Assembly (NCBI GenBank): GCA_052327205.1
Contig: CM126221.1
Span: 57,598,001 to 57,662,000 of the forward strand
Direction of reading: 5' to 3'
DNA length: 64,000 nucleotides
Origin: Somniosus microcephalus
Lineage: Eukaryota
In this document: positions 50,975-62,974 of the stretch, piece by piece
How positions within the stretch are numbered: position 1 is the first letter of the stretch
Layout: each line of letters begins with the position of its first letter
Made by a program: the position numbers and the translations under genes
Notes under the pieces: model-generated
The model's database searches: none
What the model saw: only the letters and a program-made list of their open reading frames with translations
What the model was told of the DNA's origin: nothing

Positions 50975-53529
50975 CTGTAAAGAAAAAAGAAAAATAATCA
51001 GTAACAAAAGAAGTTGCATAGAGTACAACTAAGTACCGAGTATCTTAACAGTCTAAGCAATCTTCCAAAATTCAGCCTACAGCTGACAGAAAGCAAGCGA
51101 AGTGTTCAGCACCGTCACTGGGATTTTCACAATGCATTAAGTTTGTCCACTGTAACCGTCAATACTACTAGAGAGTAGAAAGCCCCCACGGGAAACTCTG
51201 AACTATACAGTAAGCACATCATGATCCCATGATCAGAAAACTCCCTCAGTTCTCAACAGTTACCAGCGGGAATTACTTCAGTATTAGAAACTTTCCTGGC
51301 TTAAAACATTGAATTATGGAACTTAAGTGTAAAAGAAAGCCCGAAAAATGTATACTTTTCATAAGTTGGAAAAATCACAAACTAAGATTTCTAGGCTCAC
51401 CCCTCCTCAAATTTTCCCCAGTCTCCACACCAACATCCAAGCCCCTCACAATAACAGTTTGTAACAGAGAGGTTACATAATTCAATGCTACCCCCTCTCA
51501 ATGATCTCCCCCATTACTCCGTCTAGTGCCTCCTAGCGCATAACTTGAGGTTGGGAACTCAGCATGTGGAGAAATCGTATGCACACCCAAATTTTAATAC
51601 TAAGTATTATAAAGATCCAATTTACCATCCTAAATTCTAAACATCTATGTAAAGACCATTGGTGTCAATCTGAATTAAAACTTACAATGGCACAGCAAAG
51701 ATTTTCTGCGATCCTCTTAAAAACATTGGTAACACATATGCAATTATACTGCCAGAAATTTTGGGAGTTTGTGTGTGAGAAATCAGGTTACTGGGTGGCA
51801 CAGTGGGCTAAACACGACAAGACTGATGGGATTAAAGTCTCTTCTGTCTGCGTGTGTTCTTTGTGAAGTGAGTTTGTGCAGTCTAGATCCAGCACAATAC
51901 TGTCCTTAATTGAACACTAATTGTCAATCTTACTCTGGCCTCAGGCTGGCTGGTGCAGTACATTAGGGGATGCTCTTCTGCAACAGGAGCTGAAGTACAT
52001 GGCTTGGGGCAGAGTGGAGGGAACTTTACTCTGCATCTGGCTGTGCTTATAACAACCCGGGAGTGTTGGCTGTTGACAATGGGTGAATGACTTCCATTTC
52101 TTTCCACTGATATCCCTCAACTAGACAAGCACTGTTTAAAAATGTGAAATTCTTCCTTTACTCTCCCACACAATATTGAGACCACACAATCCTGATTAAT
52201 TACAAGAGAAACAGCAGATAAACAGAAACAAATATCAGCAATACAGAACATACAAACTGTTAAAATAAATCACTTTACAACAAATGGCTCAACATGATAC
52301 AAAGGAAAAAAAAAAGATTCATGTAACTAGAAAAAAACCTTTTTTTAATAAATAGCTTTAATGGACTTTGCTTGATTGAGTAGTTTTATAATTCTGCAAA
52401 GTAATTTGGCCAGAAAACATCGCCATGGAAGTACACAAATGTAGTCTTTGTTCCAATTGCTGAAGCCCAAACTATATGCACAATTATACTGCATTATAAT
52501 TACAAGATTGTAATGGAGAAATGGCACAAGCTATCTATTCAATCCTGCTGCCACAACTCCCATTAAGCGTTATTTGGAAAGTTGAGAACTCAAAAGGAGG
52601 AACCATTGCACCATTTACTAGCAAAACAAAACAAAGAACTGTTACTTTATTTGAAGGAGGAAACAACAGAGCTTGGGTTTTCTCATTGTGTCCCACTAAT
52701 AACTTAAATCAGAGCGTCAACTTCCCAACAAATGAAACTGTCAGACATTCGGGGAAAAAATGACTCCTGTACTATCCCACTCTAACCACCCCCAGGTCAC
52801 TGACTGGGAAGGGGCACCAGTAATTTCCCCCCTTTCCTCTCAAAGGCATCAAAAAATATGGCAAGAGCGCCAGAAAGTGACCAGTCAGCTTGTGCGAGCC
52901 CAATGAGTGCTCAACAGCAGCTTGCATTTATACAGCACCTTTAACAAAGAACGCCCCAGGGTACTTCACAAATAGCCGCAATGAAAACCGACATCAAGCC
53001 AGTGCCACATTGAGATTTTTGATCTATCTCCTTCACGGAAAGGATTTTGGGATTGAGCTACGTTTATGCAGCATGTTTTAAAACAAAGTGAATATGCACA
53101 GGGTTAGAAGAAAATGGCAACAGATTGTTTGCATTTAGAGAATGTATATTAAACCCAGGCATTGAAGCTGCTACCCATGATGATCAGGAGCAGTCATTAT
53201 CTCACCTCAGGTGCTCCGAGCAAACATTATGTCCTTTTCTGTTGAGCTTTGCATTAAGCCAGTTTTGTTTGGTGGTGGGTGGTGGAAGAGAAAGCAAGGT
53301 GGTGGCAGGCCTGATGAGCAGTACTTCAGTGAATCACTAGTCAGAAACCAAGACACAACTTCCCACGGGACAGGAAACAGCCACCCATGTGTTAGGAGTC
53401 AGGTCCAGCAAAGGCTGCAAAGTCAGTCAAGTTTTAAACAGCAAGCAGGAAGGGCAGGCTATGTTCAGAAGAGAATGCAGCAAGGTAGCTAGTGGTCCAA
53501 AAAGACAATCCACTGACATGGAGGAGCAT

Positions 53530-54310
53530 AGCACATTTTAAAGAGGATTAGGAAGAGAATTCCAAAGAAAAGGCACCAGGCAGTCAAAGGCTCTACTACC
53601 AACAATGGTTCAAAGGGGGTGGGTAGATGTACAAAAAGCCAGTGTCAGAAGAAGGGTGATGCTGGCGGGGGGGGGGGAGGCGTGGAGGAAGAGGAGAGTG
53701 GAATCTCAGGCTGGAGGAAGTTGCAGGACTCATGGAGGGATTCAAGGCCGGGGACCTTAAATTGAAAGGCATTAGGAACATGGAGCCAATGTAGATTAGT
53801 GAGGACTGCAGTAACGAGCGAGTGAGACTTAGTACAGGACAGGATGTGTGCAGCACACTTTTAGACAACTTGAGTTACGGTGGGTGGAGAAAAGGAGACC
53901 AGTAAGGAACTCTGGAAGTGACTAGAGCACATAGGTTTTCAGCATTTAAGAGGCTGAACTAAGGACAAAGGCAATGTTGTGGAGATGAAATTCAGTGGTC
54001 TTTGTGACAAGATAGAATATGGGTCTAAAGCTGAGCTCAAGGCTCAGCAGGACACAGAGGCTCCAAATGGTCTGGTTGAGCATGAAGCTGTGGCCGTGGA
54101 GGGGCACAGGGATGGAAATCAGTGGCAAGCAGGGTTTGTGGTTTGGGTTCAAGATGATAGCTTTGATCTTCCTGATGTTGAGCTGGCGAGTTGCCAATCA
54201 TCCAAGACTCGATATTGGACAAGCAGTCCAACAGCAGAGAGTGTGAAGGGATGCAGCACAGAAGCAGAGCCAGATGTTATCGACATATATAGAAGCTGAC
54301 CCCATGCGTA
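53530..54310 (-). mobile_element. Decayed L2 LINE RT fragment
   Basis: Remnants DCLSNIESWM, LNIRKIKAI and FHLHNIA in ORFs 53946..54231. Confidence 0.7.
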
Positions 54311-55429
54311 CTGATGATCGCAACTGAACCCAATGCTAGTCTCAGTAAATGTCCACTCAACCAGCAGGGGCGTCACTGGAAAGGGTGGGAACCTCAGCAG
54401 ATTCTTCCTCTCCCTAGGCTAGGAACAGTGAGGCCTATTTTAGCCTATTTCATGCTGCTCTGGCTTAAATCAGGTAACTCAGCACAGTCCCACAATTGAA
54501 CCAGGGTTATTATGGTCTAGATGGCCAAGTACAGACTAGGCTATTGGGGAGGAGAGCTTTCAGAAAACATTTTAGAAATGGAGTAACCAGCCTTTGTAAC
54601 AGACTCCACTTTTCTAATCTACCCTCCGAGGTATCTCTCTCAACCTCCAACACACTGAAGCTCTGAATTATAGGCAAATAAACTTTAATCTTAAAATCTG
54701 CCCTTTGTTTGGATTTTAATTTTTCTCATTCCAGGTAACCACAATCTCATTAGTCTGTCTCAAACATTTTGAGAAAGACATTCCAAACATCTGGGTGGGG
54801 ATTATCTTTTAAAATATATTCACACATCTTTCATGCACACTGAAGCATCTGTTTAAATGCACAGATTAGCAAACCAAAATTAGTTTTAGCTTTTCATTGG
54901 GAGAAGTTTTTAGAAAAATTCAAGTGACAAAAGCAAGGAGGGAATAAAACCACTCAATGAGAGCCACCACTTCCAACCCTGCCACTCCTCTATTTCATAA
55001 GATACAATTAAACTGGTACAGCGCAACAGTGCTTTGTGGCTCCTCGGTGTTTGCTTAGCTCCCTGATGCTTCCGCCATCCAACCGATAGCCAAATCCTCC
55101 TCCCTAACAAACAAATCGCTAAAGATCATTAATGGCTACCGGGGGGGGGGGGGCAGCGGAAAATGATTTTCTAGCTAAATTACAGCAAGTGAACTCCCCA
55201 AAGACACAGCTGGGTGGGCAAACAAAGCTCAGGCGTTTGTATGCACTGCCAATGTGTAGAATGAGCTTGTCTACTTACTGAGCTCTCGTACTCTAGAACT
55301 GGCCAGAACTTCTAAACAAATGGGCAGCTCAGAATTCGCCAACAAAGCTTCTGGAAATGGGATGCTGAAGGATACAATCACTGAAGGAGGCATATCAGGA
55401 CTCATTGCAAACTTCGTGAGACCAGTGAC

Positions 55430-55725
55430 GCATCTGTCCTCAACATGGTTTGGCGCCATTAGTAGCACTCTTGCTTCTGATCAGAAAAACATGGGCTCAA
55501 GACTCACTCAAGGATTTAACAGGTAATCTAAGCTGCCCCTCCAGTGCAGTACTGAGCGAGTGCTACATTGTTGGAAATGCCGTCTCTCATATTAGACGTT
55601 AATGATTGGTCTAAAACTGGACCGATCATTTGGTGGACAGGTGGACTTAAAAAAATCCCACGGTGGTATGTGAAAAGCAGGTTGTTCTCCGAGCAACCTG
55701 GATAGCATTCTTCCGTCAACCAATT
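55430..55725 (+). mobile_element. SacSINE1-like SINE, 5' half
   Basis: tagcactcttgcttctga ... gcagtactgagcgagtgct ... aaaatcccacgg. Confidence 0.65.
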
Positions 55726-56082
55726 CACTTCAGAGACATCCTGGGGAAATGTTAATGCACCACATCAATGGTATGGTTTCAAATTGGTATAATGAACCTG
55801 CCAAGGATCTAACTTTGAGATATGCTCGCTGTATATTAATTTGGTAACTGCAGGTTATAGTAAAAGCCCCGAGCTGTCTTGGTAGCGGAGTGAATAAATG
55901 CACTGCCTGTTATGGTGCCATTAATGTCTCACTCAGGGCAGCAGTGGGGCATAATTGACCTCAAGAGTCCCTACTGTGGGAAGTGAGTCCAACTTCCTCG
56001 TCCCAATCACTATCCAGTGATTCCTACTGGCAAGTACACGGACGGATATCAAGCAAAAACTCAGGTTCAGTTGTGATGCCGG

Positions 56083-56270
56083 TCAACAACTTGCATTCAT
56101 GTAGCACCTTTAATGCAGTAACACATTCCAAGGCACTTCACAGAAGGGTTATCAAACAAAATTTGACACCGAGCCACATAAGGAGATATTAGGACAGGTG
56201 ACCAAAAGCTAGGTTTGAAGAGGTAGGTTTTAAGGAGCATCTTAAAAAGGTGGAGAGGTTGAGAGGGGAA
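56083..56270 (-). mobile_element. L2 3' fragment
   Basis: caacaacttgcattcatgtagcacctttaa ... ggtaggttttaaggagcatcttaa; LLKTYLF motif. Confidence 0.7.
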
Positions 56271-56989
56271 CAGCCAAACAGAAAATAGCCTGTCACTCAG
56301 TGCCACGGTTCACAAATGAAGACTGGCTAAGTACCAGAGGATATAATTGGAACTGCAACCCTGCAAGGGATCAACACTTTCGAGGGGGGGAGGGCAAAAT
56401 TGGGAGAAAATTTGGATTGATATGCTATGGAGAACAGGCCCCAATTCTAAATCCTGTACTGGCATTTGTACCTAGGCTGCTTCTCCTTGCCTTCACAGAA
56501 AGTTACATTCCCAATCTTATCTACTTAACTGTGGAACTGAGCCAAGTCTAGGTTGTGGATGAAATGTTGGAGAATGGAAAAAGGTGAGTGCACAGGAGGG
56601 AGGACCCATCTACAACACACCCTAGCAACAAAACCAGGAACATTGACAATACCCAAAGACAGTGCAAACCCTTCCGCTCTGGAAGGAATCAAGTGCTCGA
56701 CAGTTGCATAAAAAAAACTGGAGGAAAAAAAACACCAACAAAATGGACTTTCTCCACCCCCCCACCCGCTCTACAATTCCTAACAAATTTCCACCTAGCT
56801 GAGGAAACCTGTCCCCAAAACAATAAATTAAATTCACCATCAGTGCTGGGCCATTGGCAATTTGATTCTGCAACACAGAACTCCCCCTCCTCCCATCACA
56901 GCCTCCAGTGTTTCATATTGTAAAATCGATCAAACATTATCCATTGCCTCCCACCGCGTGAATTGCTAAAGAAATTCTCGCACACTCAC

Positions 56990-57069
56990 CTGCCTGGTCT
57001 GAGTGCTCAGATAAGGCTCAAAATCGTCGTCGTTTAGTGCATCCTTTTGGTGAACTGCTCCATTTTGCA
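56990..57069 (-). CDS. YTHDF2: YTHDF2 coding exon 3, 80 nt (VQNGAVHQKDALNDDDFEPYLSTQTRQ)
   Basis: tattatag|TGCAAAATGG...ACCAGGCAG|gtgagt; phase fits exons 2 and 4; DDDFEPYL motif. Confidence 0.95.
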
Positions 57070-59848
57070 CTATAATAGAATTGGGGGGGGAGGGGGGGAA
57101 AAGATTGAATGAAAACTGGAAATCTTATTAGGTCATAACAGCAGCTGCCCTCCGATAGCAGGCTGGAGCAGGGTCAGCCTCAAAGACTAAATGAACGCTG
57201 GATCTGGTAACATGTAATATAATCAAGAGCTGAAATAGAATCAGGTGAAGACAAAAACCCAACACATTTCTCGCTCGCTCCCCCTCCAATTATATCCTCT
57301 CCTGAAGTCATGCGCCTAGATAGCAACTGTTAGGAAGTAGGGAATCATAATCCCACTCCAATCCTCACTGGACACCTACTCCTGCACTTTCAAGCAAGAG
57401 TTTGGTCAGCATGACTCACTAACTCACCATGCAGTGTATTTACTCAGCAGGACAGACAAGCACGTGGTGCAAAGATACAGCATTCCTGCCTAGATAACAA
57501 GCTGAAGGCCTATGAATAGCAGCTTCGCTTTCCCGCCACATGTTTTCGTTAACCCAGGGATCTTTCACGAACAAATGCCTCAACCAGCTCTTCAAGTAAA
57601 TATAATATATTGGTTGCAATAAATAGAGGGCTCTATTACACGGACACCTTTACAACATGAATTGCAGACTCAAGAAAGAAAATCCTTTAAGTAAAAGTAG
57701 AAGACTTCACTGGGCGGCTGATAAATGCACTGCCTAGTGTGGTGCTTAGCCAGGCATCACAGTCCCAATCTGGATTAAGTCACCCAATCTGTGCCGGGGC
57801 GCAAGCAAGAGGTTCTACAATTTGCTGGGAAGTGCACAGCTCTGGGCATCAGCCAAGTACAGGATTTGGCCCAGTTGCGATGGCCCCTGCAGTCAAACAG
57901 CATACCAACACAACATCTGGGCTTACACACAAGTGGCCAATGCACATGGAATTGTACCCCAGTACAAGTCAGCACCTTTAAAAGGAGCGGAGAAAAATTG
58001 GGGGGGGGGGGTGAGGACGCAAAGGAGGAGGAGGGAGGAAAAAGAGAAACTAAACCAAAAGGTTTTAGATTAGACATCTCCCAGGACATAACCAATCACT
58101 GTTTTGCATTATGAACTCGAAACTCTGACTAAGCAAGCCAGTATTTTAATTGGGAATGGTAAATCATTGCATTTTTAAAAAAATAAACCAATGACTGCAT
58201 CGAGCCCTGTAGCAAACAGAAGGTGATATGACCCACGTGTTTTTATGATCATAGATGTGGACCAATAGAAGCATTTGTGACTATCTGCTGGCCATGTGTT
58301 TATAGTTCATACAGCTAAGCTAGTAGAGAAGCCAGAAGGATTTTTCCATAGACTGGATACCAGAGACCATATTAATTTACCAGACATAAGTCTGAGAATG
58401 TGGGATGATCATTCTAACAGGCCTTTCCCTTTAATTCGCCTATACATTAATAGTTTCCTCAGGCTTGTGACCAGTTAGCATTTTGATACAGCAAAACGTA
58501 CAAGCAAAAAGATGGACGCTTTTGGAATGGCCTCACAGAAGGAGAATGTTGTAAATTGTCTGGGAGGTCAGAGTGATTAACACTTAAGAAATAAATTTGT
58601 GATGGGCAGGGGACACATGCTGTACGGTCAGAGATCAATTACCTCTCAAGTGAGCAGTTAGTATCAGGGAAACGTTTGGGAGTTATATATCTATGATTAA
58701 AAAGGGCAGCATTGTAGCTGTAAACGTATTTACATAATTGGAGCGGTGTTTATTTTACCAGCGATGCATCAAAAGGGTTTGAAAAGAATTGTACAAATAG
58801 TATTTGCAAATCACTCCCTTAATTGGGGGAGGGGAGAACATTTCACCATTTTTGTTGAATGATATGAATGAGCTCGCTCCAAATGAATGCGAGTTGACAA
58901 GTCAGTGGCTCATTGCTAAGAAAAGACCACATGAAGACAAAAGCTAATAGTGGGAAGACTTTTAACTGAAGTAGAAACAAAGGGTGGGCAGATCCAGGAC
59001 TTGGTATGGGAAAAGCACAATAGCAAGAATCTCTAGCCAGCCTAGTTACAAGAAATGTCAAAACTATTAATGAAATCTTTACAAGTTAACTCTGAAAGGA
59101 CAGTTGAAAGTTAATGAATTTACAAATTTACATACAAAGAGGCAATCCTTTTATTGACAAGCACGCTGTAAAAATTTGATTGCAAAACACTGGTTCTAAA
59201 ATCATTCAACAAAAATGGTGAAATGTTCTCCCCTCCCCCAATTAAGGGAGTGTCTTGCAAATACTACAATTTGTACAATTCATTTCAAACCCTTGCCTAG
59301 TGTTAAATGGGTATATTTTGGGGAATAAAAAGCTGAAAACACCCCCCCCCACCCAAAAGAAAATTTTGTTACGAACAAGTGCAATTGTCTTATTTAAATA
59401 AAAGAAAATCTGGAATGAAGATGGCAATGAAATGCATTAGTCATTCTTCCTGTTCGTGGGGAAGCGTGTATTTTTATATCATAGATCTTTTGAAATTAAA
59501 AATCAAATCCCCGTCACAGATTCCCCCAACAGAGCGAGGTGGAGAGAGGGGGGCAAAAGAGGGAAGAAAATGAAGGGGGAAGGAGTGGAGGAGTAAAACT
59601 CAACACAGCCATTGGAGGCTCGGCCCAACTGGAGTCCCGGGCTTTGAGGCCTGTACTCCTTCCCTTCCCCCAAACACCCGAGCTTTCCTTACCCCAGGTG
59701 CAGATCTATGGAGAGGAATTAATTCTAAATAAACCACCCCCCGAAAAAATCCCCCCCGCATCCGCGGTCTAGCCAATATTTAAAAAAATAAAGTAGACAG
59801 GACAGGCCGAGGCTGCAGGGCCTTCCCCCGGGAGCCACACTTTCTTAC

Positions 59849-59873
59849 CTTTATTTCCTTGGCCTTTCGGTCT
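59849..59873 (-). CDS. YTHDF2: YTHDF2 coding exon 2, 25-nt micro-exon (RPKGQGNK+G)
   Basis: gacgcag|AGACCGAAAGGCCAAGGAAATAAAG|gtaaga; RPKGQGNK is the conserved YTHDF N-terminal motif. Confidence 0.95.
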
Positions 59874-60046
59874 CTGCGTCAGTCGGTTTCCATCGAGAAG
59901 GAGGGAGGGAGTGAGGGAGGGGAGAAAAAAAAAAGGAAGAGCATTAATCGAATGCCGAGGCTGCGGCCTAAACCCACCCGGAGAGGCCGGGGGCCGGAAA
60001 AACTCCGCAAAAAACCCCTCGGCCCGGTCGGTTAAATAAACCTTAC

Positions 60047-60073
60047 CTGGTCCAGGACGCTGGTGGCCGACAT
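60047..60073 (-). CDS. YTHDF2: YTHDF2 coding exon 1 (MSATSVLDQ)
   Basis: Minus strand reads ATG TCG GCC ACC AGC GTC CTG GAC CAG|gtaagg. The 27-nt length and sequence match the YTHDF family first coding exon; it lies in a CpG island. Confidence 0.95.
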
Positions 60074-60530
60074 TTCTTCATGAACCGAGGCCTGGGGGGG
60101 GGGGGGTGGGGAGGGGGAGAGGGGAAAGAGTCGGTACGCGAGTCCCGAGGCTGTGGGCTGGGCTCCAGCGGCCTACACAGCGCGCTGTCGGAAGCGGGTG
60201 CGGGAGGGCGCCGCGCGGCTCGATTAGGATTTTTTTCTTCTTCTGACCGACCGGGTGGGGTCCCGGTGGATCGATCCGCGCTCCCGCTGTGGCTGGGGTT
60301 TTTATATTTATTTTTATATTTGTGTACGACGACTCGCCGTTCGCTGCTGCTTCTTTTTCCCCCCCCGGTCTCGCCGCTCCGCTTCTCACTCTCCCTCCCT
60401 CACACAATGGCGGAGCCGCTCACATGGGCCACAGCGGAAAGCCAACTACAAGAGCGCCGCCCGCCCGCTCATCCCACGGCCCCTCCTCTCACAGCACAGC
60501 CCAGCCGCCAAAAAACCCCGCCCCCGCCCG

Positions 60531-61005
60531 CGGTCCTCCCGCCGCAGCGCCACCTGCCGGTCCGGAGGACTTTCCGCCAGGCTTCTTCCTCCCCTCCCCC
60601 AACCCCACCCCGCGGTCCTCCCGCCGCAGCGCCACCTGCCGGTCCGCAGGACTTTCCGCCAGGCTTCTTCCTCCCCTCCCCCAACCCCACCCCGCGGTCC
60701 TCCCGCCGCAGCGCCGCCTGCCGGCCCGGAGGACTTTCCGCCAGGCTTCTTCCTCCCCCCCCAAACCCGCCCCCGCGCTCCTCCCGCCGCAGCGCCGCCT
60801 GCCGGCCCGGAGGACTTTCCTCCAGGCTTCTTCCACCCCCCCACCAATCCAACCCCGCGCACCTCCCGCCGCAGCGCCGCCTGCCGGCCCGGAGGACTTT
60901 CCTCCAGGCTTCTTCCCCCCCCCACCAACCCAACCCCGCGCTGCTCCCGCCGCAGCGCCGCCTGCCGGCCCGGAGGACTTTCCTCCAGGCTTCTTCGCCC
61001 CCCCC
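60531..61005. repeat. GC-rich tandem repeat, 6 copies of 81-82 bp
   Basis: Unit starts at 60535, 60617, 60699, 60780, 60862 and 60943; core ctcccgccgcagcgcc(a/g)cctgccgg...ggactttcc...ccaggcttcttc. Confidence 0.95.
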
Positions 61006-61204
61006 ACAAGCCGCTTGCAGCATTTTCCAAAAGGGGAATCGGATACATAGCAGAAACGCCGCAGCGCAGAGGCTGCCCATTCTGGCCCATCGGATCTGTT
61101 TGCAAGAGCTTAAAAAAAAACACAAGATGCTGGCGATACGCTCAGGCAGCATCCGTGCAGTGGGAAACAGAGCTAACGTTTCCTGCCGATGACATTTCGT
61201 TATC

Positions 61205-61650
61205 AAGAGTCATAACGGCACAGAAGGAGGCCATTCGGCCCGTCGAGTCCGTGCCAGTTCTCAGCAGAGCAATCCAGTCAGTCCCATTCCCCCGCTCTAT
61301 CCCCGTGGCCCTGCAAGTTTATTTCCCTCAAGCGCCTATCCAGTCTCCCCTTGAAAACATTGAGTGTCTCCGCTTCCACCACTTCCGTCGGCAGCGAGTT
61401 CCAGGTCATCACCACTCGCTGCGTAAAAAAGTTTTTCCTCACATCCCCCCTGTATCTCTTGCCCAAAACCTTAAATCTGTGTCCCCTAGTCCTTGTACCA
61501 TTAACTAGTGGGAACAGCCTTTCCCCGTCTAGCCTATCCAAACCCGTCATAATCTTGTACACCTCTATCAAGTCACCCCTCAACCTCCTTTGCTCTAATG
61601 AAAACAAATCCAGCTTCTCCAACCTGTCCTTGTAGCTAAGATCCCCTAGG
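61205..61650 (-). mobile_element. Young CR1 3' fragment
   Basis: Intact ORF 61278..61622 with many CpGs retained. Confidence 0.9.
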
Positions 61651-61654
61651 TTAC

Positions 61655-62880
61655 TGAAAGAGCTATCTTGTTAGTCCCACTCTCCACCCCTTTCCCCATC
61701 GCCCCAGCAAATATTTCCCCTTCAAGTATTTATCCAATTCCCTTTTGAAAGGTACTATTGAATCTGCTTCCACCGCCCTTTCAGCTAGTGCATCCCAGAT
61801 CACAACAATGCGCTACGTGAAAACAAATCTCCTCATGTCACCTCTGGTTCTTTTGCCAATTACTTTAAATCTGTGTTCTCTGGTTACCGGCCCTCCTGCC
61901 ACTGGAAACAGTTCCTCCTTATTTACTCTATCAAAACCATTCATGATTTTGAACACCTCTATCAACTTTCCTCTTGACCTTCTCTGCTCTAAGGAGAACA
62001 ACCCCAGCTTCACAAGTCTCTCCACATAACTGAAGTCCCACATCCCTGGAATCATTCTAGTAAATCTCTTCTGCACCCTCTCCAAGGCCTTGACATCCTT
62101 CCTAAAGTGTGGTGTCCAGAATTAGACACAATACTCCAGCTGAGGCCTAACCACTGTTTTATAAAGGTTTAGCATAACTTCCTTGTTTTTGTACTCCTCT
62201 ATTTATAAAGCCAAGGATCCCAGATGCTGTTTTAACAGCCTTCTCAACTTGTCCTGCCACCTTCAAAGATTTGTGTACATACACCCCCAGGTCTCTCTTC
62301 TCCTGCATCCCTTTAAACTTGTACCATTTAGTTCATATTTCCTCTCCTCATTCTTCCTATCAAAATCTATCACTTCACACTTCTCTGCATTAAATTTCAT
62401 CTGCTATATGTCTGCCCATTTTAACAGTCTCTTTATGTCCTCCTGAATTAGGTTACTATCCTCCTTATTGTTTACTATGTTTCCGTATCATCTGCAAACT
62501 TTAAAATTATGCCCTGTATACCCAAGTCCAGGTCATTAATATAGATCAGAAAGAGCAGTGGTCCTAATACCAACCCCTGGGGAACACCACTGTATACTTC
62601 CCTCCAGTATAAAAAACAACCGTTCACCACTACTCTCTGCTTTCTGTCGCTTGTTAATTTTGTATCCATGCTGCCACTGTCCCTTAAATCCCATGGGTTT
62701 TAATTTTGCTAACAAGTCTATCACATGATACTTTGTCAAATGCCTTTTAAAAGTTCATATACACAACATCAACCACACTACCCTCATCAAGCCTCTCCGT
62801 TACTTCATCAAAGAACTCAATCAAGTTAGTCAAACACAATTTGCCTTTAACAAATCCATGCTGACTTTCATTTATTGGCC
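61655..62880 (-). mobile_element. CR1 LINE fragment including the RT core
   Basis: QHGFVKGKLCLTNLIEFF, GVPQGLVLGPLLFLIYINDL, KFADDT and QKRFTRMIPG across frameshifted ORFs. Confidence 0.92.
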
Positions 62881-62974
62881 CTCCTTGAGGCTTGCTCACA
62901 ACAAAATGTTGTACAGTATTTTCTAAAGAGGAATTTGATATATCCTGCCCCTTTTCACCTCCTCCCTTCCCACT

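Larger units (their letters stand above)
59740..61200 (-). promoter_or_regulatory. YTHDF2: CpG island, promoter and 5' UTR of YTHDF2
   Basis: Very high GC and CpG density around exons 1-2. YY1/Inr-like CCGCCATTGT on the minus strand at about 60404-60413, GC boxes at about 60515-60530, AT-rich TATAAAA block at about 60299-60320. The exact TSS cannot be determined. Confidence 0.8.

Noticed and set aside
50975-51028. Signal-peptide-like N-terminus [18 protein letters not shown] of the 547-aa ORF
   Set aside because: It is the translated polypyrimidine tract of intron 3; the true N-terminus comes from exons 1-3.
60080-61508. Pro/Arg-rich ORFs of 250-417 aa on both strands
   Set aside because: Products of the GC-rich 82-bp repeat and CpG island; one runs into a CR1.
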